From Bacillota bacterium (GTDB lineage Bacteria; Bacillota; Clostridia; Oscillospirales; Oscillospiraceae): a stretch of DNA of 64,000 bases. Under the pieces are notes generated by a model. It made no database searches. It was not told the DNA's origin and was given only the letters and a program-made list of their open reading frames with translations. The stretch lies in assembly GCA_021199635.1 (NCBI GenBank), contig JAJQHS010000030.1, positions 27,898-91,897 of the forward strand. Direction: 5' to 3'. Shown here piece after piece: positions 17,588 through 27,100 of this stretch. Position 1 is the first letter of the stretch; each line of letters starts with the position of its first letter. The translations under genes and the position numbers were made by a program.

Positions 17588-18022
17588 ATGAAAAAAGCAG
17601 CATCCGGGAAGGCTTCGCAGCCGAAGCAGAAGACCCGCGCAGAGATCCTGCGGGACAATAAAATTGAAGCCTATCGGGCGCGTATCCGCAGCAGTGAGCA
17701 GACCATTTCCTCCCTGCAGGCCGACCAGCAGGCCCTGGCGCTTACCGGCGTCACCGGCCTCCCTGTGACCCACAAGGCCTTCGGCTCCGGCGCGGTCACC
17801 GCCCAGGAGGGCGCCACCATCACCGTCACCTTCCCCACCGGGGAGAAGCGGTTCGTCATGCCGTCCGCCTTCTTCAGCGGCTTCCTGACCACCGAGGACC
17901 CCCAGACCCTGGGGCGTCTGTCCCAGTACCGCCAGGCGGAGGAGCAGATCCGCTCCGTGCGGGAGGAGATCGTCACCGCGGAGCGTGCCATCCGCATTTT
18001 GGAGAGCAAAACGCTGAAATAA
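17588..18022 (+). CDS. Hypothetical protein (144 aa, basic N-terminus, C-terminal coiled coil)
   Basis: ATG at 17588 preceded by GGGAGG. The upstream part of track ORF 17384-18022 overlaps the promoter and was dropped. No motif recognised. Confidence 0.6.
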   Translation: MKKAASGKASQPKQKTRAEILRDNKIEAYRARIRSSEQTISSLQADQQALALTGVTGLPVTHKAFGSGAVTAQEGATITVTFPTGEKRFVMPSAFFSGFLTTEDPQTLGRLSQYRQAEEQIRSVREEIVTAERAIRILESKTLK

Positions 18023-18039
18023 CCGCAAAAGTAAAAATC

Positions 18040-18084
18040 AAGCCAGCTTTTCCGGAAAATTCCGGAAAAGCTGGCTTATTTGTT
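18040..18084. terminator. Bidirectional terminator between convergent genes
   Basis: Perfect 16-bp stem AAGCCAGCTTTTCCGG/CCGGAAAAGCTGGCTT, flanked by an A-run upstream and ATTTGTTT downstream. Confidence 0.85.
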
Positions 18085-18116
18085 TGGAATTTTTGGGTAT
18101 TAAATCCGGTGTTTGT

Positions 18117-19523
18117 TTATGCGGTTAGGGTGTCGCTGTTCAAACTGCGGTAGGTTTTCATCAGCAGTATTGCGGCGATCACGAAAGTGCAGATTTCGGC
18201 GACGGGCATGGAATACACCACGCCGTTCAGGCCAAAGAACATGGGCAGCACCAGGGTAAAGCCCACGCCAAACGCGATTTCCCGAATCAGAGACAGTATG
18301 GTGGAGGCGGCAGCCTTTCCCAGGGCCTGCAGGAAGATAAAGCTGGCCTTGTTCACGCAGCCCAGGATCACCATGCTCAGATGCACCCGGAAAGCAAATA
18401 TACCGAACTCGGTATACAGTTCGCTTTCGTTGGCGGCACCAAAAATGCCAAGCAGTACAGCGGGGAAGCACTCCACAATCAGCAGAAATACTGCGCCTAC
18501 CGCAACCTCGCAGATCATCAGCCGGGTCAGAATACCCTTCACCCGGTCACTGCGCTTGGCTCCCATGTTATAGCCCACAATGGGGATGCACCCGGCTGCC
18601 AGGCCCACCACTACGGAAATCATAATCTGGAAGAATTTCAGCACAATGCCAAGCACAGCCATGGGGATGTGGGACACCTCCGGGTCGGAAAATACCGGGT
18701 CCAGGGCAGCATATTTCTGCACCATGTTGTTCACGGCGGCCATGGAGGCCACGATGGAAATCTGGCTCAGAAGGCTGGTGATGCCCAGAGGCACGGACTT
18801 CTTCAGCAGGTTAAAGTGGAAAGCGAAGCTGGATTTGCTGATTTTTACGGCTTTCATGTGGAACAGATACCAAGCGGACAGGATTGCCGTGAGAATCTGT
18901 CCCAAAATGGTGGCCACAGCTGCGCCCATCATACCCCATTGGCACACGTAAATGAAAATTGGGTCCAGAATGATGTTCACCACAGCGCCGGCTAGAGTGG
19001 AGGCCATGGCGAATTTTGGCGAACCATCGGAGCGGATGATAGGATTCAGGGCTTGCCCGAACATGTAGAAGGGAATGCCCACGGTGATCCAGGTAAAATA
19101 CTCCTTGGACAGGGCGAAGGTTTCGTCGTTGATGGTACCGCCAAACATGGCGATGATGGGGTCCTGGAAGATGGCGTACAGGGCGGTGACTACCAGGCTG
19201 GTCACGATCACGGCAATGACGGATGTACCGATGTCCCGGTGGGCGCTCTCGTCCTCTTTCCTGCCCAGGCTCAGGGACACGAAGGTGCAGCACCCATCGC
19301 CGAACATGACGGCAATGGCCAGGGCCACTACAGTAAGGGGGAAGATGGCGGTGTTGGCGGCATTGCCGTAGGAGCCTAGGTAGGCGGCGTTGGCAATGAA
19401 AATCTGGTCAACGATATTGTAAAGCGCCGCCACCAGCAGGGAGGTGATGCAGGGAATGGAAAATTTGCGCATCAGCGTACCGATGGGCAAATTTTCCATA
19501 AAGGAATTGGAATTATCATTCAT
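18117..19523 (-). CDS. MATE family efflux transporter
   Basis: 468 aa, 12-TM protein with MATE-typical N-terminus (MRKFSIPCITSLLVAALYNIVDQIFI). Confidence 0.9.
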   Translation of the reverse strand: MNDNSNSFMENLPIGTLMRKFSIPCITSLLVAALYNIVDQIFIANAAYLGSYGNAANTAIFPLTVVALAIAVMFGDGCCTFVSLSLGRKEDESAHRDIGTSVIAVIVTSLVVTALYAIFQDPIIAMFGGTINDETFALSKEYFTWITVGIPFYMFGQALNPIIRSDGSPKFAMASTLAGAVVNIILDPIFIYVCQWGMMGAAVATILGQILTAILSAWYLFHMKAVKISKSSFAFHFNLLKKSVPLGITSLLSQISIVASMAAVNNMVQKYAALDPVFSDPEVSHIPMAVLGIVLKFFQIMISVVVGLAAGCIPIVGYNMGAKRSDRVKGILTRLMICEVAVGAVFLLIVECFPAVLLGIFGAANESELYTEFGIFAFRVHLSMVILGCVNKASFIFLQALGKAAASTILSLIREIAFGVGFTLVLPMFFGLNGVVYSMPVAEICTFVIAAILLMKTYRSLNSDTLTA

Positions 19524-19646
19524 AAAAATGCCTCTTTCTCAAAATGAAAGCCGGAACGCATAGCTCCGGGGTTGATTTTTCCGGGCAACATGAAAGAGCA
19601 TAAACCCGGTGATCCGGACTTATGCTCTCGCTGCTCGATATGTTCT

Positions 19647-19675
19647 ATTTTATCCGCAAAAATCCCATTTGTCAA
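19647..19675 (-). promoter_or_regulatory. Predicted sigma-A promoter of the MATE gene
   Basis: Minus strand reads TTGACA, 17 nt, TAAAAT. It leaves a ~120-nt leader containing a 9-bp hairpin (AGAGCATAA/TTATGCTCT). Confidence 0.6.
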
Positions 19676-19729
19676 GGGATTTTCTACGGACTTTTTTGAA
19701 AATTCCGTTAGCCGAATTTTGCGGGGGAT

Positions 19730-21628
19730 TCACATCTCCGCCGCCCCGCCGATGGTGTATTCCCCGGTCCGCAGGTCCACGGTTACCGTCGTTCCGTCCG
19801 AGAACAGTGTCCGCTGCCGGGTGTACGTCCCGTCCAGGAAGGTGTGGCGCACCATCTCGCATTTGGCCACCCGCTCCTGCAGGGCGCTGACCACGGCGCA
19901 CCGGGCGATCTCCTCCTCCAGCCGTTTCTCCGCCTCGCTGTCAAACGCGCCGTCCGTATTCGGGTACGCGCCGTCCCGGTCCAGGTAGGGCGCGCCGCCG
20001 TTGAGCAGGGCGTAGAGCATGTAGTCCTCCTCCTGCCGGTCCATGAACCAGGGCAGAATCATGCAGTCGTGGTACACCAGGTTGAACAGCGGCACCGGAA
20101 TGCCCCGCCGGGGGCTCCCCGGCGGCTGGAGCATGAAATCGTACGGCCCGTAATGGCAGAATACCAGCTGCCGCATGGCCCAGTCGCTGCATTCCTCACT
20201 GCTGGGCAGGATCCCCTGGGACCACAGGTAGCTGAAGCATGCGCCCCGGTATTCCAGGCATTCCTTCCGGGTCATGCGGTGGCGGGGATGGGCGCATTCG
20301 TCCGGCTCGTTGCAGGTAAACACATCCAGGTAGGAGGCCTGCAGCCGGATACCATGGGCCAGCACCTGGGAAAAATTGCGCCGGACATAGTAGGGTGCCT
20401 GGGTGGCGCACAGGTAATTCTGCCGCCCGCCTGCCCACACCGCCATCTCAAATACGGAGCCGTCCGCCCCGTGGAGGGCGAATTCCCGGTCATAGCTTTC
20501 CGCGTCCAGATAATAATCCCGGTACTGGTCGTGGAGGCCGAACAGGTAGCCGCAGCTTTGTATGGTGTCCGACAGTGCCCGGAAGCCCTCCCAGCCCCCG
20601 GCCTCCGGGCAGGCGGGCAAATAATCCGGGTGCCGGTTGTCGTACCCCGGCGCGCCCCAGCCATCCAGGTGGAGGTAGAGCTTCTTCACGCCCTTCTCAT
20701 GGTAGCGCCGGATCTCTTCAGCGCGGGCCCGGAACGGGATGACCAGATCGTTATTCTCCGGATGAATCGCGTCGTAAAACCGGGAGTCCGGCGAAATATG
20801 CTTCTTGATGCCCTTGTGGACGATGGCCGCGCCGATCAGCCGATCCACCAGTGGGTTGCGGGCGGCCTTCTCCCGCAGGGTGGTCAGCAGTCCCGTCTCC
20901 ATGGCGTAGCCCCGGTACGCCTTGCACAGGTCGTTGTAATCGCAGCCCTCCAGGAACACATAGCGCAGGCTGCGGCGGTAGGCAAGCGCCCCCAGGCTGG
21001 GCAGGAAATACGCCCCCACATGGGTGTACGGCCCGCCCGCCGGATGGTCGATGCCATACCCGGCGTCCCAGGGAGTCTGGCAGATGGCGAGGTACCCGTG
21101 CCCCGCCTCCACCTGGCCGAACCAGGGCATGTACGCCCCGGCGGAGCAGAACTGGCCATGGAACGGCAGCTCCTGCACCGCATTTTCCCAGGTATTGGGG
21201 ATCAGCAGCCCCTGCAGCACGGGCATGACGGTGTAGGCGTCCCGGCTGCCTCTTTCAAAGGCGAAGGGCGACGGCCACAGGATCCTCCGGAACGGGAGCG
21301 CGCCCTCCCCCGGGATCAGCTCAAAATGCAGCGCCTGCGCCGCCGTTTCCACCCACACCAGCGTCTCGAAGGAAAATGCCCCCTGGGCGCCGTGCCATTC
21401 ATAGCGGGAGAGGATGCCCTCGCCCACGCCGCTGGCGTAGGGCGCGTGGCGCACCACATCCGCGTCGGCAAAGCGCAACGGTCCGCCGCTTTCCGGCACG
21501 ATGCAGGGGCAGCACCCCGCCGCCGTGCGCCAGGTGTGCCCCGCCGCCTCCACCGTATACCCCAGGGTGCGGCAGTCGAATGCCACCTGTATCTCCTGGC
21601 TGCCAAAGTGCATGGTTTCCTGTGCCAT
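19730..21628 (-). CDS. Putative glycoside hydrolase (TIM-barrel-like); family not assignable by eye
   Basis: 632 aa cytoplasmic protein. The motif block LHLDGWGAPGYDNRHPDYLP...GLHDQYRDYY is reminiscent of retaining glycosidases. RBS GGGAGGG. Confidence 0.5.
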   Translation of the reverse strand: MAQETMHFGSQEIQVAFDCRTLGYTVEAAGHTWRTAAGCCPCIVPESGGPLRFADADVVRHAPYASGVGEGILSRYEWHGAQGAFSFETLVWVETAAQALHFELIPGEGALPFRRILWPSPFAFERGSRDAYTVMPVLQGLLIPNTWENAVQELPFHGQFCSAGAYMPWFGQVEAGHGYLAICQTPWDAGYGIDHPAGGPYTHVGAYFLPSLGALAYRRSLRYVFLEGCDYNDLCKAYRGYAMETGLLTTLREKAARNPLVDRLIGAAIVHKGIKKHISPDSRFYDAIHPENNDLVIPFRARAEEIRRYHEKGVKKLYLHLDGWGAPGYDNRHPDYLPACPEAGGWEGFRALSDTIQSCGYLFGLHDQYRDYYLDAESYDREFALHGADGSVFEMAVWAGGRQNYLCATQAPYYVRRNFSQVLAHGIRLQASYLDVFTCNEPDECAHPRHRMTRKECLEYRGACFSYLWSQGILPSSEECSDWAMRQLVFCHYGPYDFMLQPPGSPRRGIPVPLFNLVYHDCMILPWFMDRQEEDYMLYALLNGGAPYLDRDGAYPNTDGAFDSEAEKRLEEEIARCAVVSALQERVAKCEMVRHTFLDGTYTRQRTLFSDGTTVTVDLRTGEYTIGGAAEM

Positions 21629-21769
21629 TTCCGATCCCTCCCGGCATGCGTTGTAATAGGAGTATTATACCGGAAGCCCCGCCCGATTGCAACGGCTTAT
21701 TTTTCCACCTGATAGTCGCCCATAGCTTAAACTTGCCTAAGATTTTTCGGGATTTTTCCTGCGCGCCAT

Positions 21770-21798
21770 AAAAAGACGGCAGGCGTGCGCCTGCCGTC
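21770..21798 (-). terminator. Rho-independent terminator after tRNA-Leu
   Basis: Stem GACGGCAGG/CCTGCCGTC, followed on the minus strand by TTTTT. Confidence 0.8.
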
Positions 21799-21800
21799 TA

Positions 21801-21883
21801 TGGTGCGGGCATGGGGACTCGAACCCCAACGCGAAAGCACAAGAACCTAAATCTTGCATGTCTACCAATTCCATCATGCCCGC
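21801..21883 (-). tRNA. tRNA-Leu (anticodon TAG), CCA encoded
   Basis: Cloverleaf folds by hand: acceptor GCGGGCA/TGCCCGC, anticodon arm CAAGA-TTTAGGT-TCTTG, long variable arm, T arm TGGGG-TTCGAGT-CCCCA. Confidence 0.9.
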
Positions 21884-21893
21884 CTGCCCCTGC

Positions 21894-21922
21894 ATTTTAC
21901 CACGCGGTCAGCCGATTGTCAA
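21894..21922 (-). promoter_or_regulatory. Predicted sigma-A promoter of tRNA-Leu
   Basis: Minus strand reads TTGACA, 17 nt, TAAAAT, ending 10 nt before the tRNA 5' end. Confidence 0.7.
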
Positions 21923-22078
21923 TCTGCCGGAATCTTCACAAAAATTTTTCAGAATCCGTATTGATTTTCCCGGCGGATTCGTGTAAGATATGATTGCGAA
22001 ATTTGGGATACCAAGCCGGTCGGCGCAGAAACGCCCTCCGGCGGAGTATTACTTTAATTATGAAAGAGGTTTTCGATT

Positions 22079-23683
22079 ATGGCACAGATTGATTTGAGCA
22101 AATACGGCATCACCGGTACCGATCAGATCATTCACAATCCCTCTTACGATGCGCTGTACACTGCGGAGATCGACCCCGCTCTGGAAGGCTACGAGAAGGG
22201 GCAGGTCAGTGAGCTGGGCGCGGTCAACGTGATGACCGGCATCTACACCGGCCGCTCCCCCAAAGATAAGTACATCGTGATGGACGAGAATTCTAAGGAT
22301 ACCGTGTGGTGGACCTCCGATGCGTTCAAGAACGATAACCACCCCATGAGCCAGGATGTCTGGCACACCGTCAAGGACCTGGCCCTGAAAGAGCTGTCCG
22401 GCAAGCCGCTGTATGTGGTGGACGCGTTCTGCGGCGCCAACCACGACACCCGTATGGCCGTGCGGTTCATTATGGAGGTGGCCTGGCAGGCCCACTTCAT
22501 CAAGAACATGTTCATTCAGCCCTCCGCTGAGGAGCTGGAGAATTTCACCCCGGACTTCGTGGTGTACAACGCCTCCAAGGCCAAGGTGGAGGATTACAAG
22601 GCGCTGGGCCTGAATTCCGAAACCTGCGTGGCCTTCAACATCACCTCCCGGGAGCAGGTCATCCTGAACACCTGGTACGGCGGCGAGATGAAGAAGGGTA
22701 TGTTCTCCATGATGAACTACTATCTGCCGCTGAAGGGCATCGCTGCCATGCACTGCTCCGCCAACACCGATATGAACGGCGAGAATACCGCGCTGTTCTT
22801 CGGCCTGTCCGGCACCGGCAAGACCACCCTCTCCACCGACCCCAAGCGGCTGCTCATCGGCGATGACGAGCACGGCTGGGACGATAACGGCGTGTTCAAT
22901 TTCGAGGGCGGCTGCTATGCCAAGGTCATCAACCTGGACGCGGAGTCCGAGCCGGATATCTACAACGCCATCCGCCGGAACGCTCTGCTGGAGAACGTGA
23001 CCCTGGACGAGAACGGCAAGATCGACTTTGCCGACAAGTCCGTAACCGAGAATACCCGCGTATCCTACCCCATCAACCACATCCAGAACATCGTCCGGCC
23101 GGTTTCCTCCGCGCCCGCGGCGAAGAATGTGATCTTCCTGTCCGCCGACGCGTTCGGCGTGCTGCCCCCCGTGTCCATCCTGACCCCGGAGCAGGCGCAG
23201 TACTACTTCCTGTCCGGCTTCACCGCCAAGCTGGCGGGCACCGAGCGGGGCATCACCGAGCCCACCCCCACCTTCTCCGCCTGCTTCGGCCAGGCCTTCC
23301 TGGAGCTGCACCCCACCAAGTACGGCGAGGAGCTGGTCAAGAAGATGGAGGCCAACGGCGCCAAGGCCTACCTGGTGAACACCGGCTGGAACGGCACCGG
23401 CAAGCGCATCTCCATTAAGGATACCCGCGGCATCATCGACGCCATCCTGAACGGCGACATCAAGAACGCGGAAACCAAGACCATCCCCTACTTTAACCTG
23501 GAGGTCCCCACCGCTCTGCCCGGCGTGGATACCAACATCCTCGACCCCCGGAACACCTACGCCGACCCCACCGAGTGGGATGGCAAGGCCAAGGATCTGG
23601 CTTCCCGCTTCATCAAGAACTTCGTCAAGTACACCGGCAACGACGCCGGCAAGGCGCTGGTCGCCGCTGGCCCGCAGCTGTAA
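22079..23683 (+). CDS. pckA: Phosphoenolpyruvate carboxykinase (ATP)
   Basis: 534 aa. Kinase-1a loop [13 protein letters not shown] and full-length similarity to ATP-dependent PEPCK. Confidence 0.95.
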   Translation: MAQIDLSKYGITGTDQIIHNPSYDALYTAEIDPALEGYEKGQVSELGAVNVMTGIYTGRSPKDKYIVMDENSKDTVWWTSDAFKNDNHPMSQDVWHTVKDLALKELSGKPLYVVDAFCGANHDTRMAVRFIMEVAWQAHFIKNMFIQPSAEELENFTPDFVVYNASKAKVEDYKALGLNSETCVAFNITSREQVILNTWYGGEMKKGMFSMMNYYLPLKGIAAMHCSANTDMNGENTALFFGLSGTGKTTLSTDPKRLLIGDDEHGWDDNGVFNFEGGCYAKVINLDAESEPDIYNAIRRNALLENVTLDENGKIDFADKSVTENTRVSYPINHIQNIVRPVSSAPAAKNVIFLSADAFGVLPPVSILTPEQAQYYFLSGFTAKLAGTERGITEPTPTFSACFGQAFLELHPTKYGEELVKKMEANGAKAYLVNTGWNGTGKRISIKDTRGIIDAILNGDIKNAETKTIPYFNLEVPTALPGVDTNILDPRNTYADPTEWDGKAKDLASRFIKNFVKYTGNDAGKALVAAGPQL

Positions 23684-23697
23684 TTTCCGCATCCCCA

Positions 23698-23729
23698 CGC
23701 CCCTCCCATCCGGAGGGGCGTACTTTTTT
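23698..23729 (+). terminator. Rho-independent terminator after pckA
   Basis: Stem CGCCCCTCC/GGAGGGGCG, followed by TACTTTTTT. Confidence 0.85.
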
Positions 23730-23819
23730 GCCCGGGAACCTGCCCGTTTTTCCCTTGACAAAGCGGGGCAGGGCGTTATATAGTTCGTTACATAAGCAAG
23801 CATTCCAGGAGGCGGCGGC

Positions 23820-24752
23820 ATGAACCAGCATTTTTCCGGCGATGGACCCATAGAACTGCAAAATGGACCTCCCGCCGGGGCGGGTGCGGGGCGGATGACC
23901 ATGGCGCTCAGCTGCACCGCGCAGCGGGCGGGGCGGCTGTCCTCCTTCCTCCGGGGGGAGCTGCGGCTGTCCGACCGGCTGATGAACCGGCTGAAATGGG
24001 CGGGCGCCGTGCTGGTCAACGGCCGGCCGGAGCATACCGACTTTCCCGTCCAGGCCGGGGACACGGTCACGGTGCTGCTGGACGAGCCGGCCCCGGACTA
24101 TCCGGCGGAGCACGCGCCCATCGCCATCCGCTACGAAGACGCCCATTTCCTGGCGGTGGACAAGCCCGCCGGGATGCTCATCCATCCCTCCCGGAACCGG
24201 GTGACCGGCACTCTGGCCAACCGGGTCTGGGGCTACTATCAGGAAACCGGGCAGCACTGCGCCTTCCATCCGGTGACCCGGCTGGACCGGGATACCTTCG
24301 GCATTGTGCTGCTGGCGAAGCATGCCCATGCCCACGCCCTGGCCCAGGCCGCGCCGCCGAAAAAGCGGTACCACGCCAGGACCTTCGGCGGCCCGGCGGA
24401 GAATTCCGGGCGCATTGACGCGCCCATCGCCCGGCGGCCGTATCCCAGCCTGCTGCGGGAGGTCCGCCCGGACGGGAAGCCGTCGGTGACGGAATTTCAG
24501 GTGCTGGAGCGGGACGCGGCCGGGTGCCGGATCGCGCTGTTTCCCATCACCGGGCGCACCCACCAGCTCCGGCTCCACTGCGCGTACATGGGCTTTCCCA
24601 TCGTCGGCGACCCCCAGTACGGCTCGGAGGCTTCCATGCGCTACTCTCTGAACATCGGTCAGCCCACCCAGCTGCTGTGCGCGAAGGCGCTGGATTTTTG
24701 CCATCCGTTCACCGGGGAAATGCTCCACCTGGAGTCGGAAATGGATGTTTGA
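23820..24752 (+). CDS. RluA-family pseudouridine synthase
   Basis: 310 aa. S4-like N-terminus and catalytic-loop motif TRLDRDTFG. RBS AGGAGG. Confidence 0.88.
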   Translation: MNQHFSGDGPIELQNGPPAGAGAGRMTMALSCTAQRAGRLSSFLRGELRLSDRLMNRLKWAGAVLVNGRPEHTDFPVQAGDTVTVLLDEPAPDYPAEHAPIAIRYEDAHFLAVDKPAGMLIHPSRNRVTGTLANRVWGYYQETGQHCAFHPVTRLDRDTFGIVLLAKHAHAHALAQAAPPKKRYHARTFGGPAENSGRIDAPIARRPYPSLLREVRPDGKPSVTEFQVLERDAAGCRIALFPITGRTHQLRLHCAYMGFPIVGDPQYGSEASMRYSLNIGQPTQLLCAKALDFCHPFTGEMLHLESEMDV

Positions 24753-24835
24753 CCCTTGATTCTGCCCCGCCGGATTGGTATAATAGGGGCACGGCACAAA
24801 GATTTGTGTCGATTTCTCAGGATATGGAGCGTTCT

Positions 24836-26212
24836 ATGGCATCCCGATCAGAGCAGGAAAAAATTCAATTGTTCGAGCATACCCCGGTGCCCAGCGCCGT
24901 TATGCAGATGGCGATCCCCACGGTGGCCAGCTCCCTGGTGATGGTGCTGTACTCCCTGGCGGATACGTATTTTGTGGGCATCCTCAACGATTCCGCGGCG
25001 ACGGCGGCAGTCACCCTGGCGTCGCCGGTGCTGCTGGCGTTCAACGCGCTGAACAATCTGTTCGGCGTGGGCTGCTCCAGCCTGATGAGCCGCTCCCTGG
25101 GGCGCAAGGATTACGAAACCGTGCGCCGGACCTCGGCAATGGGCTTCTACTGCGCCCTGCTGTGCAGCCTGCTGCTCTCCCTGGGCTGCACGGTGCTGAA
25201 GTCGCCGCTGATGCGCCTGCTGGGGACGCTGGACGACGCCTGGAGCGCCACCTCGGAATATATGTTCTGGACGGTCACCTGCGGCGCGGCGCCGGCCATT
25301 CTGAACGTGGTGCTGGCCAATATGGTGCGCTCGGAGGGCGCGGCGATGAACGCCAGCATCGGCACCATGAGCGGCTGCCTGCTGAATATTCTGCTGGACC
25401 CCATTTTCATCCTGCCCTGGGGGCTGAATATGGGCGCCGCCGGCGCGGGACTGGCCACGTTCCTGTCCAACTGCGCGGCGTGCGGGTATTTCTTCGTGCT
25501 GCTGTTCCTGCGGCGGGGGAAAACCTACGTCAGCATTTCCCCCAGGGATTTCCGGTGGAATTGGCGCATTTTCTCCCAGATCTGCAGCGTGGGCATCCCG
25601 GCGGCGATCCAGAATCTGCTGAACGTCACAGGGATGACTGTGCTGAACAATTTCACCGCGGACTTCGGCACGGACGCCGTCTCCGCCATGGGCATTGCCC
25701 ACAAGATCGCCATGGTGCCCATGTACGTGGCCATGGGGTTCTCCAACGGCATTATGCCACTGGTCAGCTACAATTACGCCAGCCGCGGCCACCGGCGGAT
25801 GAAGCAGGTGATCCTGTTCGCCGGGGGCGTTTCCCTTTCGCTGATGCTGGTGGGTACAACGATCTGTTATATCTTCTCCGGGTCCATCGTCCGCCTGTTT
25901 ATGGAGACGGAGGCGGTGGTGGCTTATGGCGGCGCGTTTCTGCGGGGCATGGCGCTGGCGCTGCCGTTCCTGTGCGTGGATTTTCTGGCGGTGGGCGTGT
26001 TCCAGGCCTGCGGAATGGGGCGCAACGCGCTGATTTTCGCCATTTTGCGCAAGGTGGTGCTGGAAATTCCGGCGCTGGTGATCCTGAACCGGGTGTGGCC
26101 GCTGTACGGGCTGGCCTATGCCCAGCTGGCGGCGGAATTCGTTCTGGCGATCGCGGCGGTGGTGATGCTGCGGCGGATTTTCCGCTCCCTGCGGCCGCAG
26201 CAGGCGCCGTAG
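24836..26212 (+). CDS. MATE family efflux transporter
   Basis: The track ORF begins at 24524, but the upstream part overlaps the preceding gene. I prefer the ATG at 24836 (GGAG 6 nt upstream), giving a 458 aa 12-TM MATE-like protein. Confidence 0.88.
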   Translation: MASRSEQEKIQLFEHTPVPSAVMQMAIPTVASSLVMVLYSLADTYFVGILNDSAATAAVTLASPVLLAFNALNNLFGVGCSSLMSRSLGRKDYETVRRTSAMGFYCALLCSLLLSLGCTVLKSPLMRLLGTLDDAWSATSEYMFWTVTCGAAPAILNVVLANMVRSEGAAMNASIGTMSGCLLNILLDPIFILPWGLNMGAAGAGLATFLSNCAACGYFFVLLFLRRGKTYVSISPRDFRWNWRIFSQICSVGIPAAIQNLLNVTGMTVLNNFTADFGTDAVSAMGIAHKIAMVPMYVAMGFSNGIMPLVSYNYASRGHRRMKQVILFAGGVSLSLMLVGTTICYIFSGSIVRLFMETEAVVAYGGAFLRGMALALPFLCVDFLAVGVFQACGMGRNALIFAILRKVVLEIPALVILNRVWPLYGLAYAQLAAEFVLAIAAVVMLRRIFRSLRPQQAP

Positions 26213-26239
26213 CCAAAGCATTTTGCGATCAAAAAAGCA

Positions 26240-26267
26240 CAGGGGAGGGCAAAAATGCCCTCCCCTG
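26240..26267 (+). terminator. Terminator hairpin after the MATE gene
   Basis: Stem CAGGGGAGGGC/GCCCTCCCCTG, loop AAAAAT; weak T-rich tail (ATATTTTAT). Confidence 0.65.
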
Positions 26268-26326
26268 ATATTTTATACTTTTCAGCCACCGGATGCCCTG
26301 ATACCCGCGCCGGGGTGGGTTTTATC

Positions 26327-26384
26327 CCAAATCCGGCCTTTTTTGCCGGCCGTGTGTGGGCACACGGCCTTACGGGGTTGGGTG
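26327..26384 (+). repeat. Dispersed intergenic hairpin repeat, copy B (core 26348-26369)
   Basis: CCCAAATCCGGCC...GCCGGCCGTGTGTGGGCACACGGCCTTACGGGGTTGGGTG; aligns base for base with copy A. Confidence 0.85.
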
Positions 26385-26400
26385 ATGAACGCAGAGCGCC

Positions 26401-26646
26401 TCACTCCGTCAGGCGTTTTTCCAGGGTGGACGTGTTCAGCGCGGACAGGTACAGCCGGTTCAGCCCGTACTCCGCCGTCAGCACGAAGGACTTGGGCAGC
26501 TCGTCACAGGGCACCACCTGCCCCTCCCGCTCCGCGCGGGCCAGAAATTCCCGGGTCCTGCCGGAAACCGAGGTATTATCCAGGTCAAAAATGCCGATGA
26601 TCCCCCTGTCCCGCACGGCAAGGTCGTTTCCGATGGAAAGATACAT
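26401..26646 (-). CDS. DUF370 protein (RemA/RemB family regulator-like)
   Basis: 81 aa. The sequence (GIIGIFDLD..., SFVLT..., YLSALNTSTL) matches the conserved small DUF370 family. RBS AGGAGG. Confidence 0.85.
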   Translation of the reverse strand: MYLSIGNDLAVRDRGIIGIFDLDNTSVSGRTREFLARAEREGQVVPCDELPKSFVLTAEYGLNRLYLSALNTSTLEKRLTE

Positions 26647-26659
26647 GGTGCCCTCCTGA

Positions 26660-27100
26660 CTAGCGTTTCCGCTTTTTCCATTCCGTCACCGCCAGAGCGT
26701 CGCAGCGGTTATTCATCGGATTGTCCGCGTGCCCTTTGACCCAGTGGCAGCGCAGGCTATGCACCTCCGCCAGGGACAGCAGCGTCTCCCACAGGTCGGG
26801 GTTCAGCGCGGGCTGCTTATCGCCCTTGACCCAGCCCCGGCTGCGCCAGCCCTTGGCCCAGCCCTTCTGCAGCGCGTCGATCACATATTTGCTGTCGGAG
26901 TACAGCTCCACCACGCACGGCTCCTTCAGCGCCTGGAGCCCCCGGATCACGGCGGTCAGCTCCATGCGGTTATTGGTGGTGCTGTCCTCGCCGCCGGAAA
27001 GCTCCTTGCGCAGCCCGCCGTACTCCAGGATCGCCCCCCAGCCCCCGGGGCCGGGGTTGCCGGAGCAGGCGCCGTCGGTGTAGAGGGTCACGGTTTTCAT
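26660..27100 (-). CDS. rnhA: Ribonuclease HI
   Basis: 146 aa. [16 protein letters not shown] and the other RNase H1 catalytic motifs. ATGA overlap with the gyrA stop. Confidence 0.93.
   Translation of the reverse strand: MKTVTLYTDGACSGNPGPGGWGAILEYGGLRKELSGGEDSTTNNRMELTAVIRGLQALKEPCVVELYSDSKYVIDALQKGWAKGWRSRGWVKGDKQPALNPDLWETLLSLAEVHSLRCHWVKGHADNPMNNRCDALAVTEWKKRKR

Noticed and set aside
22058-24797. 670-aa and 390-aa minus-strand ORFs
   Set aside because: They are antisense to pckA and the RluA-family gene, with low-complexity translations that span terminators and intergenic DNA.
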